This document shows positions 14,075 through 26,422 of a stretch of 64,000 nucleotides of DNA, one piece after another. A model generated the notes under the pieces. That model was given only the letters and a program-made list of their open reading frames with translations. It did no database searches and was not told the origin of the DNA. Source of the stretch: Mobula hypostoma (lineage: Eukaryota). Each line of letters starts with the position of its first letter. Position 1 is the first letter of the stretch. The stretch lies in contig NC_086097.1 in assembly GCF_963921235.1 (NCBI RefSeq), positions 119,042,001-119,106,000 of the forward strand, read 5' to 3'. The position numbers were made by a program, and so were the translations under genes.

Positions 14075-14252
14075 TAGGGCAGGCAGGCAACAGTAACTCA
14101 AATAACCATGCGTTACAACAGTGGTGTTCAAAAGAGCATCTCTGAAAGCACCACACATCGAACTTTGAAGTGGATAGGCTACAGCAGCATATATTCAGTG
14201 GCCCTCCTTAACTAGGTACAGGATGTACCAAATAAAGTGGCCACTAAGTGTA
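14075..14252 (+). mobile_element. Tc1-type non-autonomous element, right end
   Basis: ATVTQIT..YNSGVQKSISE.TT.RTLKWIGYSS HTH relic; terminus aataaagtggccactaagtg followed by TA. Confidence 0.6.
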
Positions 14253-14258
14253 GTTCAC

Positions 14259-15840
14259 GTTGGCATGTGGCCAAATTGGTTAAGGCGTTCATCTAGTGAT
14301 CTGAAGGTCGCCAGTTTGAACCTTGCTGAGGTAGCATGTGGGTCCTTGAGCAAGGCACTTAAGCACACATTGCTCCGTGACGACACCGGTGCCAAGCTGT
14401 ATGGGTCCTAATGCCCTTCCCTTGGACAACATTGGTGACGAGGAGAGGGGAGACTTGCAGCATGGGCAACTGCTGGACTTTACTTTATACTTTATTGTCG
14501 CCAAACAATTGGTACTAGAACGTACAATCATCACAGAGATATTTGATTCTGCGCTTCACACTCCCTGGATTACAAATATTAAATATTAAAGATATTTAAA
14601 ATAGTTAAAATTAGTAAATATTAAAAATTTAAATTATAAATCATAAATAGAAAATAGAAAAATGAGAAGTAAGGTAGTGCAAAAAAAACCGAGAGGCAGG
14701 TCCAGATATTTGGAGGGTACGGCCCAGATCCGGGTCAGGACCCGTTCAGTGGTCTTATCGCAGTTGGAAAGAAGCTGTTCCCAAATCTGGCCGCATGAGT
14801 CTTCAAGCTCCTGAACCTTCTCCCAGAGGGAAGAGGGACGAAAAGTCTGTTGGCTGGGTGGGTTGTGTCCTTAATTATCCTGGCAGCACTGCTCCGACAG
14901 CGTGCGGTGTAAAGTGAGTTCACGGACGGAAGATTGGTTTGTGTGATGTGCTGCGCCATGTTCACGATCTTCTGCAGCTTCTTTCGGTCTTGGACAGGAC
15001 AACTTCCATACCAGGTTGTGATGCACCCCAGAAGAATGCTTTCTGCGGTGCATCTATAAAAATTAGTGAGGGTTTTAGGGGACAGGCCAAATTTCTTTAG
15101 TTTTCTCAGGAAATAAAGGCGCTGGTGGGCCTTCTTGGCAGTGAACTCTGCTTGACAAAGTCAGGTCATTTGTGATATTGACCCCGAGGAACTTGAAACT
15201 TTTGACCTGTTCCACTTGCGCACCACCAATGTAAATTCGGTTGTGCAGTCCACTACTCCTGAAGTCAACAACCAATTCCTTCGTCTTGCTGACGTTGAGA
15301 GATAGGTTATTGTCTTCGCAGCATGCCACCAGGTTCTTAATTTCCTCTCTGTACTCAAACTCATCATTACCCGAGATACGGCCTACAATTGATGTGTCAT
15401 CAGCAAACTTATATATTGAGTTTGGCTACACAATCATGGGTGTACAGTGAGTACAGCAGGGTGCTGAGTACACAGCCTTGTGGGGCACCAGTGCTCAGAG
15501 TGATGGTAGAGGAGAGCTTGTCCCCTATTTTTACAGCCTGGGTCCTGTCTGTGAGGAAGTTGAAGATCCAGCTGCAGATCTGAGTGCTAAGGCCCAGATT
15601 CCGGAGCTTAGGAATCAGTTTATTTGGAATGATGGTATTAAAAGCAGAGCTGTAGTCAATGAAAAGGAGCCTCACATATGCGTCTTTATTCTCCAGGTGT
15701 TCTAAGGAGGAATGTAGGGCCAGAGAGATGGCATCTGCCGTTGACCTGTTGCTCCATACAACCTTGCCCAGGCCTGCGCCCTGGAAACCTTCCAAGGCAC
15801 AAATCCATGGTCTCATGAGACTAATGGATGCCTAAAAAAA
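14259..15840 (+). mobile_element. tRNA-derived SINE with RTE-like tail, split by a Rex1 insertion
   Basis: A-box-like tggccaaattgg, core ccttgagcaaggcacttaa; resumes at about 15753 and ends atccatggtctcatgagactaatggatgcct(A)n. Confidence 0.65.
14478..15752 (-). mobile_element. Rex1-like LINE, 5'-truncated
   Basis: [13 protein letters not shown]...[11 protein letters not shown]...GAPQGCVLS and LPSGRRFRSL in ORFs 15409-15816 and 14735-14965. Confidence 0.92.
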
Positions 15841-18242
15841 AAGTGTAGTTCACCATTGTGATTTCACACACACACTGTCTGAGAAAATACAGTATCATAC
15901 AGGCTCCAGTTCAAAAAGTTAGGAGATCCATATTAAAATACAGAGGCAGATGAAAACCTAAACCTTGCCATCATCATATCTCAAGATCGATATGGAATCA
16001 CAAGCTGAACTAATCAATGGCAGAATGTACAAGTCAAGTTTTCTAAGTAAAATATATCCTCTAAAGAAAAAAGCAAGACAGTGACTAAGTGATAGACAAA
16101 TAACAAAAAGCAATCTGATAGCAACTTTGGTGACCCTTTGTTATAGTTGGAGCAAGGTCATACAATATGTTATCAAAAGTGAGTGGGGGTTGGCAGTGAG
16201 ATAGAACAGAATTATTTCTAGATTATAGTAGAACTGATAAAACAGGAATAACAACATCAACATTTCTAACATCAACAGCAGAAATACCAAACATCGGCTC
16301 TTTACAAGAGGAGTAACACACACCAGTCTTCATACTGAGTGCTATGTATTCAAGGGACATATTTTCAGGTGATTGGAAGGAAGCACAGGGAGATGTCAAG
16401 GTAAGCGTTTTTTACACAGAGGATGATGGGTGCATGGAACACACTTCCACTGGTGGTTCTGGAGGTAGACCCATTAAGGACATTTAAGAGTCTCTTTGTC
16501 AGGCCTGTACAGGCAGGTGCCTCCCAGTCTCCACGCAGCTAACAGGAGTCATCGGCCACTTGTTTTCAACTCGTCACCTGCAGCATATTTAAACCCAGCT
16601 CCCACCCACAGCTCTTTGTTCACCCGTTGAATCGGCCAACCTCAATCAGTAATCTTGTTGCCTGTCTTGTCTGATAACTGTTCTCTCTTGTTTTGTGACC
16701 CCTCATGGCTTGTTATTTTGCAGTTTAATAGTAAAGGATCATTTACTGCTAAGCCATCTCTGCTGCTCCACTTTTGGGTTAAACCTACTCTACATTTCCT
16801 GACAGGATGGGTGAACCAATATCTGATGCAGCAAAGTATGCTCACCTAAAGGAAGTTGTCCATCGATAGGAGCACACAATCCCAAAGCAACAGGAAATCA
16901 TTTACCACCTACTCACCATTCTCAACCAACTCACTGTCTCGATACAGCAACCATGTGTCAGTCAGCCTCCTCCCTCTAAGCTCTGGGTTTTAGTGCCTGA
17001 AGGCTTTGATGGATGCCCAATCTGATGCTATAACTTCCTGTCCCTGGGCATCTTACACTTCAAGCTCCAGCCATCTCTGTATTCTGCAGACCAAACCAAG
17101 ATTGGCTTTCTCAACTCGCTCCTGACTGGGCAAGCTGTAACCTGGGCCACCACCAGCTGCAATAAAACCATCATTTGAACCATAGAATCATAGAACCGTA
17201 GAACACCACAGCACAGAAACACAAAACATTTACTGTAAAGATATGCCAGGTTTCTGACTATTCAGGATGTGGAAGAAGGACTGCAGATCGGATACTATGC
17301 CTTGATCAAGTCTCATACTTGGTGCTGAGTCACACCGTGGAATTCAAGACTCTCTCAGCAGAGTGCAACTGGAATGTGAAAGAATCTTATGGAATGACCT
17401 CCCCCCCGCCCCCCCCCCCCCGTCCCGGTCATCAGCCAGAACCCCAGTTCAGTTCCTAGAATCATTTCAGGCTTTAGGACCCTCATCATTAACACCTCCA
17501 GTACCACTGTAGGTAGGGAGAGGTCACCAAGAGTGTGAGAGATGGTGGAGAAACAAAAAGTGTGCTTACTACAGTGCCACTGATCACTCACACACCAAAT
17601 ACCCACTGTGTCTGGCAAGCGACACCGCTAGGCAGAGACAAGGGGCCTTCTATCAGTTGTTGGCATCTCATTCCAGAATTATAGCCTGACTCACTCTCTC
17701 TATCCTCCATACCCCGAATGCTCTACACATTCAGGAAGTTCTAGCGAATTCCACTGCAGCTGGCAGCCTCCTGGACAGGGCACTGTATGTGTGGCTTGGA
17801 CTCCCAACCAAGCCTATCTCTAACTCCACTCCTTCTGCATCATGGCCATTGATGGACGTCCCTTGGGGTCCGGGATGATTGGTGTGTGCACACGGCCAGT
17901 GCACATGAGCATTGGAAAGTACCGGGAGTCCCTCCAATTCCTCCTTATTGACTCACCCAACACTTCTCTTCTCTTGAGTTACACTTTGCTCTCCACTCAT
18001 GAGCCTCACTTCGTCTAGTCTTCCAGTTCACTGCTGAGTTGGGGACCCACCTCCTGGACCTCCTACCTGCACCTTCAGCTGACTTCGCCCCATGAATGCA
18101 TGGAGACAGAGGAAACACTCAGCCTCACCAAACTCTCTTAGGAATACCACGATCTAGCCCTTACCTTCAGTAATAAGGTTGTCATCACCCTACTATCTGC
18201 TACTGTTGACCACCTCCCAGGCACCAATCCTCACTGACATCT

Positions 18243-18287
18243 GTGTTCGTCCATTGTCAACGTTGATGAGGACCTCAACACCATAAT
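18243..18287 (-). mobile_element. 45-bp 3' tip of the 31087-31646 family
   Basis: rc matches 31606-31646; 10-bp TSD actgacatct (18233-18242/18288-18297). Confidence 0.7.
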
Positions 18288-18303
18288 ACTGACATCTAAA
18301 TAA

Positions 18304-19351
18304 CACTGGACAACAAAGATTTTGCTTCATGAATACTTTTGGTTGTATCTCATCGATTTTGGGCTGCTGATCAAGATAATCACCATGAAATTTCCCTATT
18401 ACACACTGTTATTTTGGAATCACTTATATCTGTTATTTCAATTCGTAATTCAAGTCAAATAAAATGTTACCCACAATGTAAGCTGAAAAGTTTCTATCTT
18501 GTCCAGGCAAGCCTCAGCATGCTTTGGGTTGCCAACATGACCCACAACAATGGCATATTTTTATTGTTAAGCCTGAAAGCTGTGTTGCTACACACACAAC
18601 AAAGATATTTTTACATCCTCTTCATATAAAACTGGGGCTTTTGAAAAAGTAATGAACAAGGAAGGTGAGGGTTTTGATATTTGAGACAGATGTTTCCCAG
18701 AATAACTGATGCCAAGATTTATGGAAGTCAGTTTTGATGGTCCACAAATCCAACAGGTCATCAATGACAGGCAATTCAAAGAACTTCTTGTGGGATCAGA
18801 GAAAATCGTATGGAAGACATTCAAGGATGTTGTTGAACATTATCTTGGTAACTACAGAGCAGCAAACTATGTACAGCTAGTTGACAACATGCTTCAAGCC
18901 ACAAAACTATGATGTGCAACATATTACTGAAGATTCATTTCTTGCATTTCCACTTAGACTTCTTTCCTGGAAATCTTAGCACTGTCAGTGATGGACATGG
19001 TGAAAGGTTTCACCAGGATATTGTGGTCATGGAGAAACAGTATCAGGACAACTGGAATCCATCAATTCTGGCAGATCATTGCTGGACACTTAAGTGAAAT
19101 GACCAAGACACTGAGTACAAGTGAAAATCTTCAAAACATTTTTAACTTAGTTGCATGATTGCAAATTGTTAGCATTGCTATACAAGTAAATGTATTATAT
19201 TCAATACAAGTTAATTTCTTGTTTCTTTAACTTCCTACATAGTACAAGTAGTCTGAAATTATATTTGTGTTCAACTTCAAGTGGTCTCTAATAACCACAA
19301 AAAAAAAATTGAGGACGCGAAACCTTTGAAATAAAAAATTGCTGCCCAGTG
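18304..19351 (+). mobile_element. Chapaev3-like (CMC) DNA transposon deletion derivative
   Basis: Termini cactggacaacaa/ttgctgcccagtg; GPQI...LGNY...LKIHFLHFHLDFFPGNLSTVSDGHGERFHQDI..ME..YQ..W...LADHCW. Confidence 0.8.
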
Positions 19352-21372
19352 ACTACATTGCTGAAGTGCTACAGCACACTTCATTTGGCCATCCAGCAAA
19401 ATCATTAAGAACCAGTACTCTCTGCCCTTGATGGATAGTGCATTCAAAACACACAACAGGACCCAGATCTTCACCAAACTAGATCTATGGAGTGCATCCG
19501 CCAGGAAGATGAGTGCAAGATGGCGCACATAACACCTACTGGACACTACAAGTATTTGCTGATGTCTTTCCGACCTTTCAACAGTACAACTGTTTTCCAA
19601 CCCTTCATCAATGATATTATCTGAGACATGCTACACAGGTACGCATTAATTGACCTTGATGATCTCCTCATCTCCTCTAAGGATCCCCAAGATCACATTT
19701 GTCATGTCTGTTCAGTCCTTCAGCATCTCCTCAAAAACCAGATGTACTGCAAGATAGAAAATTGCCAGATCCACACCCTAGTCATTTCCTTTTTGGGTTA
19801 CGTCCTGTCAGTCCAGTGTATTACCATAGACTTGGAGAAAGTGCCAAGAGTGGACCAGACCACGCTCCCACAAACAGCTGCAGTGTTTCCTGGACTTCTC
19901 CAACTTCCTATTCTGTTTCATCAGAAACTACAGCCAAATCGCTATTCCTCTCATCTACCTCACCAAATCACCTGACGACTAACATGGTATGCTGCTGTGG
20001 ATCGTGCTTTCGTGGAGCTCCAGAGACACTTCACCACCGCTCTTATTCTCTGCCATCTGAACCCCTCTGGCCCTTTTTATGGTAGATGTGCACACATCTG
20101 ATGTAAGCACGAGAGCCAGCCTTCCCCGTGAGGACCAGACAGGAAGGCACACCCTTGTGTCTTATTCTCCTGCAAGTTCAACTCTGCACAGTGCCATTAT
20201 GATGTAGGAGACATGGAGCTAGTTGCCATTAAATGGATCTTGGAAGAATGTAGACATTGGCTGCTGGAATACACCGAGCCCTTCGTAATCTGGACTGACC
20301 ACCATAGCCTTATAATCATACATCAGACCTGCCAATTCAAGCCACATCAGGTTTGCTGGGCCCTCTTCTTAGAGCATTTCAATGTTGCAGTCTCCTACTG
20401 ACCTGGTTCCAAACACACTGATGTAGAAGCCCTGTAACAGCAGTTTGATCCAGCTGAAACAGCTATTCTTCCGTCCTTGCAGATCATTGCCCTGGTCACT
20501 TGGGATTTTGAGAACCAGATCCATCAGGCCCTGCAGCATGAGCCTACTCCAGCCAACCCACCTGACGACTGCATCAACATGCTGGTGGCCATGCGATCTG
20601 AGGTACTCCGGTGGGCACTCTACTCACACCTCTTCAGCCATCCAGATGCCCAATGCACTCTGGATTTTCTGCGATGCCATTACCTCAGATATATATGTCA
20701 GTTTGTCACTGCCTGCCCTCAGGAGGGGGTGTCCTATCAGGCCTGCACAGGAATGCACCTCCCAGTCTTCACCCAGCTAACAGGAGTCACCTGCCACTCA
20801 TTTCCAACTCATCACCTGCAGCCTATTTAAACCCAGCTCACATACACAGTCCTTGTTCACCCATAAAATCAGCCAGACTCAACCAGTTGCTCATAGCCTT
20901 CAGTTACCTTATAGCCTGTTGTGCTTACTATCTGTTCTCTCTTGTTTTGTGGCCCCTTATGGCTTGTTATTTTGCAGTTTATTAATAAAATATTGTTTAC
21001 TGCGAATTCATTTCAGCTGCACTGCTTTTGGGTCAAGCATGCTCTACAATTCCTAACACTCTACTTGAGATATGCACGTGGATTTTAGTAAAATACCGGG
21101 CTATGTAGGAGGGTAGGGTTAGATTGATTTTAGGATAGGTTAAAAGGTCGACACAACAACGTAGCCCAAAGGGCCTGTTCTGTTCTATGTTCTGTTCCTT
21201 TCTATATTCTGCAGCACATGAAAGAAAATGAATAAAGCCCATTTAGTATTATTCCAAGCTTTGCCCTATAGGCATCATTGAAACTTGTTGCATAGGCTCA
21301 TGACGAAAATATCCTGTTAAATACCCACATCACATGGTTTATGAGACACCATAGTCAGTAGGCTCTTCTTCA

Positions 21373-21600
21373 GCAACTCAGCAGGTCAAGCAGCATCTAT
21401 GGAGGAGAGTGAACAGTTGACCTATTGGATTCAAATCCTTCATCAGAACAGCAAAGAAAGGGGAAAGAAGCCAGAATAGGAAGGTGGAAGTGGGGGGGTG
21501 GAGAAGGAGTACAAGCTGGCGTATGATTATTGAGACCAGGTGGGTGGGTGGGTGGCAGAAGGGGATGAAATAGGAAGATGCGAGGTGATAGGTGGAAGAA
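21373..21600 (-). mobile_element. Old PLE 3' fragment
   Basis: aactcagcaggtcaagcagcatctatgg plus degenerate hammerhead; near-TSD ggctcttcttca/ggcccttcttca. Confidence 0.6.
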
Positions 21601-21949
21601 GGCCCTTCTTCAATAAGAAGTTTGACTTACATGAGAGACGTTTTTGAAAGGAGATTAGTTATTACCTTTGTGGGTTCATTTTGGATGGAAATACTGTTAT
21701 AGATTATAACAAAAGCAAAAAAGGGAGAGACTACAGTTTTATGTAGAACCAGATCTTTAAAATTAGAATATTTGATTGAATTGAAGGTAAAGAAAAGTGA
21801 AGAGCAGAAAGTGAGGTTGAGATGAGCATAAACGCTTGTGTATTTGATGGCGCAGTGGATAACTATTCATAAAATTAGTTTTCATGCAAGAACTTTAGCT
21901 GAAGCTACCTGTAATGATGAAACTCGAAATGCTAGTCTGATTATCATTT

Positions 21950-22677
21950 AGAAACATAGAAACATAGAAAATAGGTGCAGGAGTAGGCCATTCGGCCCTT
22001 CGAGCCTGCACCGCCATTTATTATGATCATGTCTGATCATCCAACTCAGAACCCAGCCTTCCCTCCATACCCCCTGACCCCTGTAGCCACAAGGGCCATA
22101 TCTAACTTCCTTTTAAACATAGCTAATGAACTGGCCTCAACAGTTTGCTGTGGCAGAGAATTCCACAGATTCACCACTCTCTGTGTGAAGAAGTTTTTCC
22201 TAACCTCGGTCCTAAAAGGCTTCCCCTCTATCCTCAAACTGTGACCCCTCGTTCTAGACCTCCCCAACATCGGGAACAATCTTCCCGCATCTAGCCTGTC
22301 CAATCCCTTTAGGATCTTATACGTTTCAATCAGATCCCCCCTCAATCTTCTAAATTCCAACGAGTACAAGCCCAGTTCATCCAGTCTTTCTTCATATGAA
22401 AGACCTGCCATCCCAGGAATCAATCTGGTGAACCTTCTTTGTACTCCCTCTATGGCAAAGATGTCTTTCCTCAGATTAGGGGACCAAAACTGCACACAAT
22501 ACTCCAGGTGTGGTCTCACCAAGGCCTTGTACAACTGCAGTAGTACCTCCCTGCTCCTGTACTCGAATCCTCTCGCTATAAATGCCAGCATACCGTTCGC
22601 CTTTTTCACCGCCTGCTGTACCTGCATGCCCACTTTCAATGACTGGTGTATAATGACACCCAGGTCTCGTTGCACCT
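21950..22677 (-). mobile_element. Young 5'-truncated CR1 LINE
   Basis: Open 209-aa ORF with [19 protein letters not shown]...RRLRGDLIETYK...FFTQRVVNLWNSLP; (atgtttct)n tail. Confidence 0.95.
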
Positions 22678-23138
22678 AGGACAGTTTTGATAAACTGGAG
22701 ATGGACGATAGGGTTGAGCAGACATATTTTACATGAATTGCTCAATTCAATAATGGGAGACTCAAGACAACAAACACAACAGAACAAGCCATGTGCTATC
22801 AAATGTTTGCATTAGAAGCAGTGTGTTGCTCGGGGACAAAATGAAGTTGAGTTTGGATGATAGGAACTCAAGGGAAATCAATGGTAAAGTCTGGGGTTAG
22901 GTTTGAAAGTAGAGAGGTAAATAGATAGCCCCCACACCTCTACTATATTTGGAAGCAAAGGCTTGAATTTGGCAGATATGTTGCTTTAAGTTTGCCAAAA
23001 CCAATCTGAGAACATGGTGTTATTTAAGGGCATTGCAAGAAAAGTTTGGACAGTAATATCCAAATGCTACTGGGTATTCTTAGCCTCTGTATTTGAAACC
23101 CCCTGTGAACAGATGACCCAAAACCAACTTGCTGACCT

Positions 23139-23264
23139 GACGAAGGGTCTCGGCCTGAAACGTCGACTGTACCTCTTCCTAGAGATGCTGCTTGGCCTGC
23201 TGCGTTCACCAGGAACTTTGATGTGTGTTGCTTGAATTTCCAGCATCTACAGAATTCCTGTTGT
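23139..23264 (+). mobile_element. 126-bp PLE 3' tip starting in the hammerhead core
   Basis: gacgaagggtctcggcctgaaacgtcgact...cctgttgt; 10-bp TSD ttgctgacct (23129-23138/23265-23274). Confidence 0.85.
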
Positions 23265-23414
23265 TTGCTGACCTTCACAACTCGTGCAATAAATACTGGT
23301 TTTGATAAAGCTATACAGGTTGTTTTTGTTTATTATTTGATATTTCATATGGTTTCCATATTTAAATGCTGATGTACTATCTGCTCCAATGATTCTTGGC
23401 AAAACAGTTGGGCC

Positions 23415-23645
23415 TTTTATATTTATTGACATGCAATATGGAGTAGGCTCTTTCAGCCCTTCGACCCACGCCAGCCAGAAATCTCACAACATAATCCTAG
23501 CCAAATCATGAGACTCGAGACAATTGTCACGAGACAATTTATAATGACCAATTAACCTACCAACCAGGTACATCTTTGTAATGTGGAAGGAAACACTCCC
23601 CGTCATGGGGAGAAAATACAAATTCCTTACAGGCAGTGTGGGATT
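23415..23645 (-). mobile_element. HE1-like V-SINE
   Basis: rc of V-domain and CR1-type tail, as at 1180. Confidence 0.6.
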
Positions 23646-23976
23646 AAGCAATGTAATAACACTGGTGAGATAGCAACTGGGCCATCACTGGTACAAGTGG
23701 ACAACTGCTAAATGAAGTGAGAAGGAACCTGGAAAATGGAAACAGGTACAGCGTCAGGGTGATGGATGGTGCCATTTCTATTTGGAGTTTGGATTCATGC
23801 ATAAATTGTTAAGGCATAGCTCTGTGCATGTGATGCCAACAGAGTAATGAAAGAAAATAAACAACCATGTGTGATTTCAAACAACAGGAATTCTGCAGAT
23901 GCTGGAAATTCAAGCAACACACATCAAAGTTGCTGGTGAACGCAGCAGGCCAAGCAGCATCTATAGGAAGAGGCGC

Positions 23977-24012
23977 AGTCGACGTTTCAGGCCGAGACCC
24001 TTCGTCAGGACT
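23977..24012 (-). ncRNA. Minimal type I hammerhead ribozyme (PLE)
   Basis: rc agtc CTGACGA agggtctcggcct GAAACGTC gact; stem I agtc/gact; palindromic ACGT stem III. Confidence 0.8.
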
Positions 24013-24305
24013 AACTGAAGGAAGAGTGAGTAAGGGATTTGAAAGCTGGAGGGGGAGGGGGAGATGCAAAATGATAGGAGAAGACAGGAGGGGGAGGGAT
24101 AGAGCCGAGAGCTGGACAGGTGATAGGCAAAAGGGGATACGACAGGATCATGGGACAGGAAGTCCGGGAAGAAAGACGGGGGGGGGTTGACCCAGAGGAT
24201 GGGCAAGAGGTATATTCAGAGGGACAGAGGGAGAAAAAGGAGAGTGAGAGGAAGAATGTGTGCATAAAAATGAGTAACAGATGGGGTACGAGGGGGAGGT
24301 GGGGC

Positions 24306-26388
24306 CTAGCGGAAGTTAGAGAAGTCAATGTTCATGCCATCAGGTTGGAGGCTACCCAGACGGAATATAAGGTGTTGTTCCTCCAACCTGAGTGTGGCTT
24401 CATCTTTACAGTAGAGGAGGCCGTGGATAGACATGTCAGAATGGGAATGGGATGTGGAATTAAAATGTGTGGCCACTGGGAGATCCTGCTTTCTCTGGCG
24501 GACAGAGCGTAGATGTTCAGCAAAGCGGTCTCCCAGTCTGCGTCGGGTCTCACCAATATATAAAAGGCCACATCGGGAGCACCGGACGCAGTATATCACC
24601 CCAGTCGACTCACAGGTGAAGTGATGCCTCACCTGGAAGGACTGTCTGGGGCCCTGAATGGTGGTAAGGGAGGAAGTGTAAGGGCATGTGTAGCACTTGT
24701 TCCGCTTACACGGATAAGTGCCAGGAGGGAGATCAGTGGGGAGGGATGGGGGGGACGAATGGACAAGGGAGTTGTGTAGGGAGCGATCCCTGCGGAATGC
24801 AGAGAGAGGGGGGAGGGAAAGATGTGCTTAGTGGTGGGATCCCGTTGGAGGTGGCGGAAGTTACGGAGAATAATATGTTGGACCCGGAGGCTGGTGGGGT
24901 GGTAGGTGAGGACCAGGGGAACCCTATTCCTAGTTGGGTGGTGGGAGGATGGAGTGAGAGCAGATGTACGTGAAATGGGGGAGATGCGTTTAAGAGCAGA
25001 GTTGATAGTGGAGGAGGGGAAGCCCCTTTTTTAAAAAATGAAGACATCTCCCTCGTCCTAGAATGAAAAGCCTCATCCTGAGAGCAGATGCGACGGAGAC
25101 GGAGGAATTGCGAGAAGGGGATGGCGTTTTTGCAAGAGACAGGGTGAGAAGAGGAATAGTCCAGATAGCTGTGAGAGTCAGTAGGCTTATAGTAGACATC
25201 AGTGGATAAGCTGTCTCCAGAGACAGAGACAGAAAGATCTAGAAAGGGGAGGGAGGTGTCGGAAATGGACCAGGTAAACTTGAGGGCAGGGTGAAAGTTG
25301 GAGGCAAAGTTAATAAAGTCAACGAGTTCTGCATGCGTGCAGGAAGCAGCGCCAATGCAGTCGTCGATGTAGCGAAGGAAAAGTGGGGGACAGATACCAG
25401 AATAGGCACGGAACATAGATTGTTCCACAAACCCAACAAAAAGGCAGGCATAGCTAGGACCCATACGGGTGCCCATAGCTACACCTTTAGTTTGGAGGAA
25501 ATGGGAGGAGCAAAAGGAGAAATTATTAAGAGTAAGGACTAATTCTGCTAGACGGAGCAGAGTGGTGGTAGAGGGGAACTGATTAGGTCTGGAATCCAAA
25601 AAGAAGCGTAGAGCTTTGAGACCTTCCTGATGGGGGATGGAAGTATATAGGGACTGGACATCCATGGTGAAAATAAAGCGGTGGGGGCCAGGGAACTTAA
25701 AATCATCGAAAAGTTTAAGAGCGTGAGAAGTGTCACGAACATAGGTCGGAAGGGATTGAACAAGGGGTGATAAAACAGTGTCGAGGTATGCAGAAACGAG
25801 TTCGGTGGGGCAGGAGCAAGCTGAGACAATAGGTCGGCCAGGATAGGCAGGTTTGTGGATCTTGGGTAGGAGGTAGAAACGGGAAGTGCGGGGTGTGGGA
25901 ACTATAAGGTTGGTAGCAGTGGATGGGAGATCCCCTGAGCGGATAAAGTCGTTGATAGTGTGGGAGACAATGGCCTGGTGCTCCTTAGTGGGGTCACGAT
26001 CGAGGGTAAATAAGAGGAGGTATCCGCGAGTTGTCGCTGTGCCTCGGCAAGGTAGAGGTCAGTACGCCAGACTACAACAGCACCCCCCTTATCGGCGGGT
26101 TTAATAGTAAGGTTAGGATTAGTGCAGAGGAAGTGGAGAGCAGAGCGTTCCGAAGGAGTGAGGTTGGAATGGGGACAAGGTGCGGTGAAGTCGAGACGGT
26201 TGATGTCCCGTCGGCAGTTAGCGATAAAGAGATCCAGAGCAGGCAGAAGACCAGAGCGGGGTGTCCATGAAGAAGAGGAGGGTTGAAGACGGGAGAAGGG
26301 GTCATCGGTGGGGGTGGAAGAGTCCTTGCCGAAGAAGTAGGCTCGGAGACGGAGACGGCGGAAGAAAAGTTCCGCATCGTGGCGAACA
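24306..26388 (-). pseudogene. PLE reverse transcriptase + GIY-YIG endonuclease, frameshifted, 5'-truncated
   Basis: KPADKGGAVVV, FYLLPKIHK, GRPIVS, MDVQSLYTSIP, GVAMG, RYIDD, FLDL, GVIYCVRC..CGLLYIGET; three 1-nt deletions (about 26005, 25030, 24810). Confidence 0.93.
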
Positions 26389-26422
26389 ATCGCAAGATCC
26401 TACATCTACGGACTTATTTACC

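Larger units (their letters stand above)
16497..21058 (+). mobile_element. Degenerate Ty3/Gypsy LTR retrotransposon inserted in a CR1 3' end
   Basis: LTRs 16497-16804 and 20735-21058; purine tract aggaggggg; near-TSD ctctt/ctcta; RT IDLDDLLISS; RNase H ELVAIKWILEECRHWL..PFVIWTDH. Confidence 0.9.

Noticed and set aside
14259..14335. tRNA genes at 14259 and 28662
   Set aside because: No complete cloverleaf; they continue into SINE core sequence
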